Source: an uncultured Hymenobacter sp.
GTDB lineage: Bacteria; Bacteroidota; Bacteroidia; Cytophagales; Hymenobacteraceae
Direction: 5' to 3'
Assembly: GCF_964243305.1 (NCBI RefSeq)
Contig: NZ_CAXTEF010000008.1
Location: 7,269 to 71,268, forward strand
Length of the DNA: 64,000 nt
Under the pieces are notes generated by a model that saw only the letters and a list, made by a program, of their open reading frames with translations, was not told the origin of the DNA and searched no databases. Positions 10,539 through 19,405 of the stretch are shown one piece after another (the stretch's first letter is position 1; every line of letters starts with the position of its first letter). The position numbers were made by a program, and so were the translations under genes.

Positions 10539-11882
10539 GTGTCCTTTTTCCTCACCCGCCGCTTCTTCCTCGCCCTCGGCGCCTTGGTCTTCGGCTTCAC
10601 CGTGGCCTTTTTCCTACCCTGGCTGCTGGCGCCAATGTACATTCTGCTCGGGCTGCTCGCGTCGCTGAGCTTGCTCGACGCGGCGCTGCTCTACCTCGGC
10701 GGCGGGCACGTGTTCGGGCGGCGGGCGCTGGGCGACAAGCTGGCCAACGGCTCGGACAATGAGGTGCAGATTTATATGGAAAACCGCTATCGCTTCGGCG
10801 TGCAGACCGAGACGATAGACGAGATTCCGCACCAGTTTCAGCGGCGCGACGTGCTGTTCCGAACCGCCGTGAAGTCGGGTGAGACGCGCGTTATCCAGTA
10901 CCAGCTGCGGCCGGTGAAGCGGGGCGAGTATGCGTTTGGGGCCCTGAACGTGTACGTGGCTTCGCCGCTGGGGCTGGCGCGGCGGCGCTTCCGCTTCGAC
11001 CGGGAGGGCGTGACGGTGCCGGTTTATCCGTCGTTCTTGCAGATGCGGCAGTACGAGCTGCTGGCCATCAGCAACCGGCTCACGGAAGTGGGCGTCAAGC
11101 GAATCCGGCGCGTGGGGCAGAGCCTGGAGTTCGAGCAAATCCGGCCCTACGTGGCCGGCGACGACCCGCGCTCCATCAACTGGAAAGCCACGGCCCGCCG
11201 TAGCGCGCCCGGCGCGGGCGCCGACGCGCTGGTCGTCAACCACTTCCAGGACGAGCGCGCTCAGCAGGTGTACTGCCTGATTGACAAAGGCCGGGTGATG
11301 CGGATGCCGTTTGAAGGCCTGAGCCTGCTCGACTACGCCATCAATGCCACGCTCGTCGTGAGCAACATCGCCCTGCTCAAGCACGACAAGGCCGGCCTCA
11401 TTACCTTCAGCAACCGCCCCGGTGCGGCCGTGGCCGCCGACCGCCGCCCCGGCCATCTGTTGAAGCTGCTGGAAGTGCTCTACCGTCAGAAAACCCGCTA
11501 CCTGGAAACCGATTTTGAGCTGCTCTACGCCACGGTGCGCACCAAAATCAGGCAGCGCAGCCTGCTGCTGCTGTTCACCAATTTCGAAACCTTGCAGGCC
11601 ATGCAGCGGCAGTTGCCGTATCTGCGCCGGCTGGCGAAGGACCACTTATTGCTGGTCGTGTTTTTTGAGAACACCGAGCTGCGCGCCTTTCTCGATGCGC
11701 CGGCCCTGACGACGGAGGACGTGTACAATCAGACCATCGCCGAGAAATTCGCGCAGGAAAAGCGCCAGATTGTGCTCGAATTGCAGCGGTACGGCATCTA
11801 TTCGTTGCTCACGGCGCCCAAGGATTTGACGGCAAACACCATTAACAAGTACCTGGAATTTAAAGCTCGCGGATTGATATGA
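10539..11882 (+). CDS. DUF58 domain protein (vWA-like MoxR partner)
   Basis: N-terminal TM pair, EFEQIRPYVAGDDPRSINWKATAR and a degenerate MIDAS-like CLIDKGRVM; lies directly after moxR. Confidence 0.92.
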   Translation: MSFFLTRRFFLALGALVFGFTVAFFLPWLLAPMYILLGLLASLSLLDAALLYLGGGHVFGRRALGDKLANGSDNEVQIYMENRYRFGVQTETIDEIPHQFQRRDVLFRTAVKSGETRVIQYQLRPVKRGEYAFGALNVYVASPLGLARRRFRFDREGVTVPVYPSFLQMRQYELLAISNRLTEVGVKRIRRVGQSLEFEQIRPYVAGDDPRSINWKATARRSAPGAGADALVVNHFQDERAQQVYCLIDKGRVMRMPFEGLSLLDYAINATLVVSNIALLKHDKAGLITFSNRPGAAVAADRRPGHLLKLLEVLYRQKTRYLETDFELLYATVRTKIRQRSLLLLFTNFETLQAMQRQLPYLRRLAKDHLLLVVFFENTELRAFLDAPALTTEDVYNQTIAEKFAQEKRQIVLELQRYGIYSLLTAPKDLTANTINKYLEFKARGLI

Positions 11883-11885
11883 CAG

Positions 11886-11993
11886 ATTTCACGCAGTGTC
11901 TCGCAGTGTTAAGGCGCAGTGTTCCGCAGTGTTGTTCCAGAACGGCACTGCGGGACACTGCGTGTTTTAACACTGCGAGACACTGCGTGAAAT
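11886..11993. repeat. Palindrome built from periodic CGCAGTG units
   Basis: Perfect 27-bp outer arms at 11886-11912 and 11967-11993, plus an inner imperfect arm pair. Four CGCAGTG units lie on the left and four CACTGCG on the right. Confidence 0.9.
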
Positions 11994-14029
11994 TTTGTTT
12001 GCTTCTCATATCGCTGAGCGCCGCCGCCCAGCCCGCTTCCCCGCTGCTGCCCATCCCCGCCCAAACCCAGTTCGGCCGCGCCGCCCTACCCCTCAAAGGC
12101 CCCTTGAAGCTGGTGCTGGAAACAACCCTGGACCCGCGCGTGGCCGCCAGCGCCCGCCAAGTCATCAAGGTGCTGCCCAACGGCACGGCGAAAGCCGCCG
12201 GCCTACCCCTGCAAATTCGCTACGGCCGCGTGGGGCAGGCCGAAAAGCAGGACGAGGAAAAATACAGCCTGCGCATCACGCCGCTGGGCGTCAGCATCTC
12301 GGCGCCGACCAGCCTGGGCGTGCTGCGGGCGCTGGCCACGCTGCGCCAGCTGCCCCGGCGCGCAGGTCGCGGCTGGGAGTTGCCCGAAGTAGATATCGAT
12401 GACCAGCCGCGCTTTGCCTGGCGCGGCCTCTCCCTCGACGTGGCCCGCCATTTTTTGCCCGTGGCCGTGGTCAAGCGCAACCTCGACGGCATGGCGGCCG
12501 TGAAGCTCAACGTGCTGCACTGGCACCTGTGCGACGACCAGGGCTGGCGCGTGGAAAGCCGGCTGCTGCCGCGCTTGCAGGGGGTAGGCGCCGCCACGGG
12601 CGGCTACTACACCCAGGCCCAGGTGCGCGAGGTGCTGGCTTACGCCGCCGCCCGCGGCATCCGCGTGGTGCCCGAGTTCGACTTGCCCGGCCACGCCGGC
12701 GCCATCATCGCCGCCTACCCCCGCCTGGCCTCGAACCCCGACTCCAGCACCGCCGTGCCCACGCGCTGGGGCGTGCTCAACATCGCCATCGACCCAACCA
12801 GGGAAACCACTTATACCCTGCTCGACTCGCTGCTGACGGAGATGACCGGCCTGTTTCCGGACCCGTATTTTCACATCGGCGGCGATGAAAACGACGGCCG
12901 GCAGTGGCGCCGCAACCCGCGCATCGTGGCGTTTATGCTGGAAAAAGGCTTCGTGAAAGCCAATGGCCAGCCCGACAAGCACCAGTTGCAAACCTACTTC
13001 AACCGCCGGATGCTGGCTTTGCTGCAACGGCAAGGCAAAACGATGGTCGGCTGGGATGAGATTCTGGGTCCCGACCTGCCGGCGCCGGTCGTAATCGAGA
13101 GCTGGCGCGGCCCCAAGGGCTTGCTGGAAGCCGCGCGCCTGGGCCACCCCGCTCTGCGCGCCCACGGCTACTACGTTGACCTTTACCAAACCGCCGCTGC
13201 CCACTACGCCGCCGACCCGCAGCAGGGCGTGCCCGACTCGCTGGCCCGCCGCGTGCTAGGCGGCGAGGCGGCCATGTGGCTGGAGTTTGCCGACTCCGTA
13301 ATCGTGGATTCGCGCATCTGGCCCCGCGCCGCCGCCGTGGCCGAGCGGCTGTGGTCACCGGCCGCCCTCAGCCAGGATGTGCCCGATATGTACCGCCGCC
13401 TGGCTTTGGTCAGCGAGCAGTTGGACAGGCTGGGCCTGCGCCACCGCCGCGCCCCGGCCCGCCTGCTGAAAGACATTGCCGGGCCCAGCGCCAGCGCCGC
13501 CGAGCAGGCCGCGCTGCGCAATCTGGCCGGCGTAGTAGAGCCGGTGAAGGAATATCAGCGGCACTTTCAGGGCTTTAAATACTCAACCGAAACTTCGCTC
13601 AACCGTCTCGTGGACGCCGCCCCGGCCGAGTCGGAAGTGGCGCGCCGCTTCGCCGCCACCGTGGACAGCCTGCTGGGGCCGGCACCGGCCCTGAGTCCCA
13701 CCACGAATTCCCTACCCCCCCCTACCACGCGCAAGCACTATTTGGCTACGCTGCGCGCCCAACTAACCACGTGGCAGCAAACCGACTCGCAGCTGGCGCC
13801 GCTGCTGGCCCGGCAGCCCCTACTACGCGAATATGCACCCCTATCGGCCAGTCTTAGCGCGATTGCCACGTTACTACTGCAACGCCTGAAGCAGCTGGAA
13901 AGCAGCGAGCCAACCCAGGCAGGCCCCGGCGCGCCCGCCCGCCTGCTGCTGCCCGCCGCCGTGGCCAAGCCCGCCGGGCAGGCCACGCTGGCGCCCGCCC
14001 TGCTGCGGGCCGCGGGCCGGCTGCTGTAG
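11987..14029 (+). CDS. Glycoside hydrolase family 20 beta-N-acetylhexosaminidase
   Basis: PRFAWRGLSLDVARHF, LNVLHWHL.DDQGWR, PEFDLPGH, catalytic HIGGDE and LGGEAAMW. GTG at 11987 gives a signal peptide (MKFCLLLISLSAAAQ). Confidence 0.95.
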   Translation: MKFCLLLISLSAAAQPASPLLPIPAQTQFGRAALPLKGPLKLVLETTLDPRVAASARQVIKVLPNGTAKAAGLPLQIRYGRVGQAEKQDEEKYSLRITPLGVSISAPTSLGVLRALATLRQLPRRAGRGWELPEVDIDDQPRFAWRGLSLDVARHFLPVAVVKRNLDGMAAVKLNVLHWHLCDDQGWRVESRLLPRLQGVGAATGGYYTQAQVREVLAYAAARGIRVVPEFDLPGHAGAIIAAYPRLASNPDSSTAVPTRWGVLNIAIDPTRETTYTLLDSLLTEMTGLFPDPYFHIGGDENDGRQWRRNPRIVAFMLEKGFVKANGQPDKHQLQTYFNRRMLALLQRQGKTMVGWDEILGPDLPAPVVIESWRGPKGLLEAARLGHPALRAHGYYVDLYQTAAAHYAADPQQGVPDSLARRVLGGEAAMWLEFADSVIVDSRIWPRAAAVAERLWSPAALSQDVPDMYRRLALVSEQLDRLGLRHRRAPARLLKDIAGPSASAAEQAALRNLAGVVEPVKEYQRHFQGFKYSTETSLNRLVDAAPAESEVARRFAATVDSLLGPAPALSPTTNSLPPPTTRKHYLATLRAQLTTWQQTDSQLAPLLARQPLLREYAPLSASLSAIATLLLQRLKQLESSEPTQAGPGAPARLLLPAAVAKPAGQATLAPALLRAAGRLL

Positions 14030-14126
14030 CGCGGACTTTGTAGTCCGCGAATGCGCGCGGTTAAGCGCACCATTAAGAGTGTGCTGTCAAAGCTGTTTAC
14101 GCGCGGACTCACCGAGTCTACGCTGC
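14026..14126. repeat. GTAG-type REP doublet (REPIN-like)
   Basis: GTAG followed by the hairpin CGCGGACT-TTGT-AGTCCGCG at 14026-14049. A degenerate inverted partner CGCGGACTCACCGAGTCTACGCTGC lies at 14102-14126. Confidence 0.7.
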
Positions 14127-14143
14127 AACCCTATCTTGCCTTC

Positions 14144-14746
14144 ATGCAAGCCGCTATCACCCAGGCCCTGGCCGACCTCAGCTTCACGGCCATCGACTTT
14201 GAAACCGCCAACGAGCGCCGGGCCAGTGCCTGCGCCGTGGGCGTGGTGCTGGTGCGCCGCGGCCGCATCACCGACACGTTCCAGACGCTGCTGCGCCCGC
14301 GCGAGCTGCGCGTGGACTGGCGCAACCAGCAAGTCCACGGCATCAGCGAAGCCGATTTGCACGAGGCGCCTAGCCTGGCCGACGTGTGGCCACAACTGCT
14401 GCCCTACCTGTACGAGCAGCCCGTTGTGGCCCACAATTCGGCCTTCGACGTGAGCGTGCTCGAACACACGCTGCGCGACTTCGACCTGGCCGTGCCGCCC
14501 TTCCACTGCCTGTGCTCGGTGAAGCTGGCCAAGGCGTGCTGGCCGCACCTGGAGCGGCACCGGCTCAACCATTTGGCTCATTTTTTCGGGCTTGAACTCC
14601 AGCACCACGACGCCCTGTCCGACGCCCGCGCCTGCGCCGAAATCACGCTGCGCGCCCTGCGCGCCGGGCAGCAGCTGCCGCTGTGCTACAAGCAGCGCGA
14701 GCTGACGGCCGGCCTGGCCCGGCGGCTGGCGAAAGCGGCTGCCTAG
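14144..14746 (+). CDS. DEDDh 3'-5' exonuclease (DnaQ/Pol III epsilon-like)
   Basis: AIDFETAN, VAHNSAFD and HHDALSDA. ATG at 14144 is preferred because the upstream extension is REP DNA. Confidence 0.92.
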   Translation: MQAAITQALADLSFTAIDFETANERRASACAVGVVLVRRGRITDTFQTLLRPRELRVDWRNQQVHGISEADLHEAPSLADVWPQLLPYLYEQPVVAHNSAFDVSVLEHTLRDFDLAVPPFHCLCSVKLAKACWPHLERHRLNHLAHFFGLELQHHDALSDARACAEITLRALRAGQQLPLCYKQRELTAGLARRLAKAAA

Positions 14747-14780
14747 CAAGGAGATACCAACCGGAAATAATTGCGAAGCT

Positions 14781-14806
14781 TATATGTTGCAGTGTTGTTA
14801 ATTAAC
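14781..14806 (+). promoter_or_regulatory. Candidate promoter and palindromic operator of the TA pair
   Basis: TATATGTTG resembles the Bacteroidota -7 TAnnTTTG element and is followed by a perfect palindrome GTTAATTAAC (14797-14806). Confidence 0.4.
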
Positions 14807-14825
14807 CAGATTGAACACCATTTCT

Positions 14826-15044
14826 ATGGAAGCCACGAAACGTCCCGAACTCCTACCGCGTCCACGTAACAATAGCTACCGCGCCGAAGATATTATAGCT
14901 GAATATGGCACCCTGGCCAAGTTCATGAAAGCAATAGGACCCAAGGCGCCGCTGGAAATCCCCGATTTGGGCTTCACCGAGCAGGAAAATCAGCGCATGG
15001 ATCAACTTTTAGCCGAAGAGCGTGCCGCAGCCAGTTCTTTTTAA
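14826..15044 (+). CDS. Small hypothetical protein, probable antitoxin
   Basis: 72 aa with an acidic C-terminus. It overlaps the start of the downstream PIN gene by 23 nt, which is the type II TA arrangement. Confidence 0.65.
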   Translation: MEATKRPELLPRPRNNSYRAEDIIAEYGTLAKFMKAIGPKAPLEIPDLGFTEQENQRMDQLLAEERAAASSF

Positions 15045-15432
15045 TACCAACGTCGTCATCCAGCATATTTGGCGCAGCCAACCCATGCCGGAAGAGGTTG
15101 TGCTGTCGATGGTCGTCGTGGGCGAGTTGGAAGCTTTCGCGCTGAAAGCCGATTGGGGCTACCAGAAGGTTGATTTCATGCAAAGTCTGTTTGCTTATCA
15201 CCCAATGCTAGAAATCTCGCGCGTTTTCACGCTCCCCTACGCGCGCATCGACGCCTACAGCCAGGGCAAGCTGCGGTCCCTACCCCTGCCCGCCGGCCTT
15301 TCGGCTCGCAACATGAGCAAAAACGACCTTTGGATTGCCGCCACGGCACTTTACTTTGATGTCGAGCTGCACACCGCCGACCACGACTTCGACCATTTGA
15401 CGGCGCTGGGCCTGCGCGTGGTGAAGGGCTAA
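15022..15432 (+). CDS. vapC: PIN-domain (VapC-like) ribonuclease toxin, first catalytic Asp replaced by Asn
   Basis: PIN pattern VLF(N)TNVVI..VVVGELEA..KNDLWIAATAL..LHTADHDF. Confidence 0.85.
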   Translation: MPQPVLFNTNVVIQHIWRSQPMPEEVVLSMVVVGELEAFALKADWGYQKVDFMQSLFAYHPMLEISRVFTLPYARIDAYSQGKLRSLPLPAGLSARNMSKNDLWIAATALYFDVELHTADHDFDHLTALGLRVVKG

Positions 15433-18400
15433 AACAGCACCGCGACCTGCATCCGGCCGGTGTGAACGGTGCGCAGGCCGCTGGCCTTGCGGCCGTCATA
15501 GGCCACATTGATATTGAGGCCGTTGCTCAGGCGCTGCTCCAGGTTCAGGTTCCAGGTGAAGTTGGAGCCGGGGCGCAGGGCGTTCAGGATTTCGATGCCT
15601 GCCACCGTGGCCGGGTCGCCCTGGAAGCCGACGCGGGTGCCGCGCACATTGGCCGTGATGGTGCGCTTATTTACTTGGCTGAGGCGGGTTTCGAGGCCTA
15701 GCTCATCGAAAGTGCCCTGGGCCAACTGTTCATTGGGCTGGGTCAGATTAGGCAGGCTGTTGCGCTTGCTTTGGCGCAGGTAGGTGCCGGTCAGGCGCAG
15801 GGCGGGGGTAGGCTGGTAGCTGATTTCGGGCTGCACATCATACAAGAGCAGACGGAAGTTGCGCTGGCTGAGGTAGGTGCTGGCGGCCTCGCGCACGTTG
15901 CGCGCCACGAGCAGCCGGCCCGTGAACGACTGCGCCAGCGTGCGCCGCACGAGCAGGCTCTGGCTCAGAATATTGCGCAGGTCGAAGCCCTGGGCCAGCA
16001 GGGTTTTGAGCTTGGTTTGCTGCACGGTGAACTCGGCGCCGAAGATGGGATTCGAGCGGTTGTAGTACAGGGTGTTGCGCAGGAGGCGGTTGGCACCCAG
16101 GGTCTGCTCGCCGTTGGTGGGCGAGCCGAAGGGATTAAGGCGGGCGCCGAGACCGGGGTCGGTGGTGCGGCGGTCGAGCGTGACGCTGCTAATGCTGGAG
16201 AAGCGGGCCGCCGCGGCGCGCCAGCCGCCGGCCTCGCGCCAGGGGCGCGGGGCGTTGGCCGTGAGGCGGTAGCTGAGCCGGTTGGTGAAGGCCGTGATGT
16301 AATCTTGGGTCGGCAAAAACACCTTAATAAAGGTGCGGTACTGCGCGTCGGGCGTCTGGGCCTCGAAGAACTCCTCTTTCTGCTGAATGCCATCACTGTT
16401 CAAATCGCCAGCGTAGAAGTGGGTGCCCTGGCCGGCGGGTACGGCCACGAACGAGAAGTCGCGCTTTAATTCCCTACCCGTGCCGATGCTGTAGCTCAGC
16501 TCCGAGCGCACCTGGCCTTGCAGCAGGCCGGCGTTGTAGTCGATTTTGCCGAGCACCGTCCGGCGGCGGGCGCTGTCGGCGCTGGCCGCCCGCAAGTCGC
16601 GGTAGGTGGCCAGCACCCGCAAATCCTGGGTTTTACCGATTCTCGTGGCCAGACTGCCCTGCCAGGTTTGGGCCTGGGCGCGGCGCGCGATGGCAGTGCG
16701 CTCCTCATTCGGGGCCTGGTCCTGGCGGCGGCTGTAGTCGAGGCGATAATTCAGCCGGGCCGAGTCGCGGCTCATCACGAACACGTTGTGCTCGTCGAAG
16801 TAGTTGGCCGAGGTCAGCTCGCGGCCGTCGGGCAGGGCGACGCGGTTTTTGTCGAAGCGGTAGGCGTAGCCCGGCACCACGGCCCCGCGCACGAAGCGCG
16901 CCGTGGCTTCGCCCCGCGCCCAGGCGCTGCGGCGGCTGCCCGCGTCGGCGCCGAGCACAAACAAGGAGCCGCGCAGCTCCACGTCGCCCAGCTTCTGAGC
17001 CACATCCAGCCAGTGCTGCAAGCCGCGCACCTCGCCGGCCCGGTAGCGGCGGCTGACGCGGTAGCTGATAGCGTTGTTCGGGTCGCGCAGCAGGCCCAGG
17101 CTGAAGTTGAAGATGTTGTCCTCGCGCGGCGTCTGGCCGGTGCTGGTGCCAGCCACGGTGTTCTGGGCGCTCCAGTTGCGGTCAAACTCTACGTCGCGGT
17201 AGCGGTCGATGGGCGTGAAACCGGCGGCGGTATACTCGTAGTCGAGCGTCGAATACAGGCGGTAGTCGCGCAGATAATTCTCTAGAATCGGCAGGCCCGC
17301 CAGGCTCCGGCCCCGCACCGCGTAGCCCAGGCGCATGGCCGCGCCCTGGTCGGCAGCGGGCGAAAAGCGGTTGCGCTCCAGCCGCGAGCGGGCCAAATCC
17401 ACGAACACCGTGGCCGTGCTGTCCAGCTCGTAAGAGGCGCCCGCCGTCACTTGCTGCTTGCGCAGGGGGGTAGGGAGCAGGCGCACCGGCGCGTAGCGGC
17501 CCTGCCCGGCGCCGGCATACTCAAACACCCGGCCGTTGGCGTTCAGCTCCGTCGAACTCAGCCGATAATCACCTTGGCCCTGAGTTACTTCCGTGAAGCG
17601 CACCTGATACACGCCGCCGAGCGTATCGGCGCCCACGGCGCGGCGGAAGCGGCCCGTGGCGGGGTCGCGGCGGTACAGCACCTGGGTGCGGTCGTAGGCC
17701 ACGGAGTCGGCGCCGGGCGTCAGGGCTACGGCCACGTTGCCGGCCTGGCGCAGGCGCTCGCGGTCTTCGGGGTTAAGATTTAAGTTGGGAGCGTTGTCGG
17801 GATTGTCGGCTTCTTGGTAGAAATTGCCGTGCAGGCGCAGCTTGCCCACTTGCTGGTAGTGGCTCAGCGCCACGAGCGAGCGGGCGTAGTTGAGGTCGGA
17901 ATACTCAAACTCGACCCGCAAACGGGAGTTGCGGGTGATGAGGTGGCGGGGCGAAAACGTGACTTCGGCCAGGTTGTAGTCAATTACATAATCGTAATCA
18001 AAGCCCCGGACTTGCAGGCGCCCATCCAGGTACACGCGCTCCGAGTTGGCCAGCACAATGATGAACTGCTCGCCGTTAGGCCCGCGCAGGCGGTAAGGGC
18101 CCTGCACGTTCTCGATGGGCGCGATGTCGAGCGAGGCAAACTTGCCCTTGGCCACGCCGCCCGCCACAGTCGTGGACGAGCGGATTTCGCGGCCCCGCCC
18201 GTCGCGGCCGGCAGTAGTTACGGCCGCGCTCTGCCCGTCGCTCAAACCCGCATTCTGCCCGTTGCCGACACCGTTGCTCGCGCCGTTATTTAATCCATTG
18301 ATTAACCCTGGATTCGGAATCCCTACCCCCCCGCCCGGCGCCGAGCCGCCCAGCGCCGGCCCACTGCCGGGTACGCTACCCGGCCCGTTGCTGCTGCCGA

Positions 18401-19301
18401 TGTTGCCCGGATTGCCGACCACGGCACCCGCGGCGGGCGCCGTGAACGCACCATTCCCTACCCCCCCCAGCAGGCCTAAACCCGGCGGACCTAGATTAGC
18501 CTCGATGGCCGCGCCCTGAATGTTTTTATAATAGCGCAGAAAGTAGTCGGGCTTGTTGCGCAGCACTACGTCGCCGGCCGTCAGGCTCCACTGCGGCGCG
18601 GTGAGGGTGATGTAGATGCGGTCAAACTGCTGGAGCTGCTGCGTGTTGCCCTCGGGCTGGAAGGGCACGTTCTGGTCGGAAATGGCGGCCGTGAGCTGAA
18701 TATTATCCGTGAGCTGGCCTTCCAGTTGCAGGTTCAGGGCCGAGTTGACGAACACGTTCTGCGTATTGCCGAAGGAGATGCCGCGCGCCAGGTTGCCGGT
18801 TTTGCTGATGCCGGGCGTGCTCAGAATCTGCTCTTGCTGGCTGAAATCCTCGAAGCCCAGGCGGCGGTCCCGAAACTCCAGCGAGTCCATGAGCTGGCGC
18901 GGGCGCCGGAAGCGCGGCGCCGCCAGCTGCAGCGGCAGCACCCGGTAGCAGAGCCGCACCGAATCGGGGATGGCGAAGCCGGCGCTGTCGCGCGGCGCGG
19001 GCCGGATAATCTGGTAGCGGCCGGGGCCGGGGTCGTAGCTCACGGCGCGGCCCTCGGCGCTGACGGAGCCCGGCACGATGGTGAGCGTATCACTGAGGCT
19101 GAACGTGGTCGTGTCGCGGCCCGGCGCCAGGCGCAGGAAGCGGCAGCGCAGGGTACTAGGCGGAGCCGCCACCGCTGGCCGGCCGGAGGTGGCGGGCCGC
19201 TGCTGCGCCCGCGCCGGCCGGGCTCCAAAAGCCAGCAGCAGTCCCAGCAGCAGCCACCCCAGCAGCTTCGGCGACACAGAAACGGGGCAGCGACGGCTCA
19301 T
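15429..19301 (-). CDS. Large predicted outer-membrane beta-barrel protein of unknown function
   Basis: ~1290 aa with a signal peptide, many alternating beta-strand patterns and a C-terminal Phe (QVAVLF). Start is uncertain (19301 ATG or 19277 GTG). Confidence 0.8.
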   Translation of the reverse strand: MSRRCPVSVSPKLLGWLLLGLLLAFGARPARAQQRPATSGRPAVAAPPSTLRCRFLRLAPGRDTTTFSLSDTLTIVPGSVSAEGRAVSYDPGPGRYQIIRPAPRDSAGFAIPDSVRLCYRVLPLQLAAPRFRRPRQLMDSLEFRDRRLGFEDFSQQEQILSTPGISKTGNLARGISFGNTQNVFVNSALNLQLEGQLTDNIQLTAAISDQNVPFQPEGNTQQLQQFDRIYITLTAPQWSLTAGDVVLRNKPDYFLRYYKNIQGAAIEANLGPPGLGLLGGVGNGAFTAPAAGAVVGNPGNIGSSNGPGSVPGSGPALGGSAPGGGVGIPNPGLINGLNNGASNGVGNGQNAGLSDGQSAAVTTAGRDGRGREIRSSTTVAGGVAKGKFASLDIAPIENVQGPYRLRGPNGEQFIIVLANSERVYLDGRLQVRGFDYDYVIDYNLAEVTFSPRHLITRNSRLRVEFEYSDLNYARSLVALSHYQQVGKLRLHGNFYQEADNPDNAPNLNLNPEDRERLRQAGNVAVALTPGADSVAYDRTQVLYRRDPATGRFRRAVGADTLGGVYQVRFTEVTQGQGDYRLSSTELNANGRVFEYAGAGQGRYAPVRLLPTPLRKQQVTAGASYELDSTATVFVDLARSRLERNRFSPAADQGAAMRLGYAVRGRSLAGLPILENYLRDYRLYSTLDYEYTAAGFTPIDRYRDVEFDRNWSAQNTVAGTSTGQTPREDNIFNFSLGLLRDPNNAISYRVSRRYRAGEVRGLQHWLDVAQKLGDVELRGSLFVLGADAGSRRSAWARGEATARFVRGAVVPGYAYRFDKNRVALPDGRELTSANYFDEHNVFVMSRDSARLNYRLDYSRRQDQAPNEERTAIARRAQAQTWQGSLATRIGKTQDLRVLATYRDLRAASADSARRRTVLGKIDYNAGLLQGQVRSELSYSIGTGRELKRDFSFVAVPAGQGTHFYAGDLNSDGIQQKEEFFEAQTPDAQYRTFIKVFLPTQDYITAFTNRLSYRLTANAPRPWREAGGWRAAAARFSSISSVTLDRRTTDPGLGARLNPFGSPTNGEQTLGANRLLRNTLYYNRSNPIFGAEFTVQQTKLKTLLAQGFDLRNILSQSLLVRRTLAQSFTGRLLVARNVREAASTYLSQRNFRLLLYDVQPEISYQPTPALRLTGTYLRQSKRNSLPNLTQPNEQLAQGTFDELGLETRLSQVNKRTITANVRGTRVGFQGDPATVAGIEILNALRPGSNFTWNLNLEQRLSNGLNINVAYDGRKASGLRTVHTGRMQVAVLF

Positions 19302-19405
19302 GCGGCAAAGGTCGGCATTCTCGGGGCGGGGCAGAACGCCGGGCGGCGCTAGATTCGTGCCAGCGCCCTCAGCGCCGCTTTCGCTCAGCCTCACTCGCCT
19401 ACTCC

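Noticed and set aside
11987-14029. GH20 as part of a PUL with the first SusC/SusD
   Set aside because: It is separated from them by a terminator and the 8.5-kb MoxR cluster; nothing links them.
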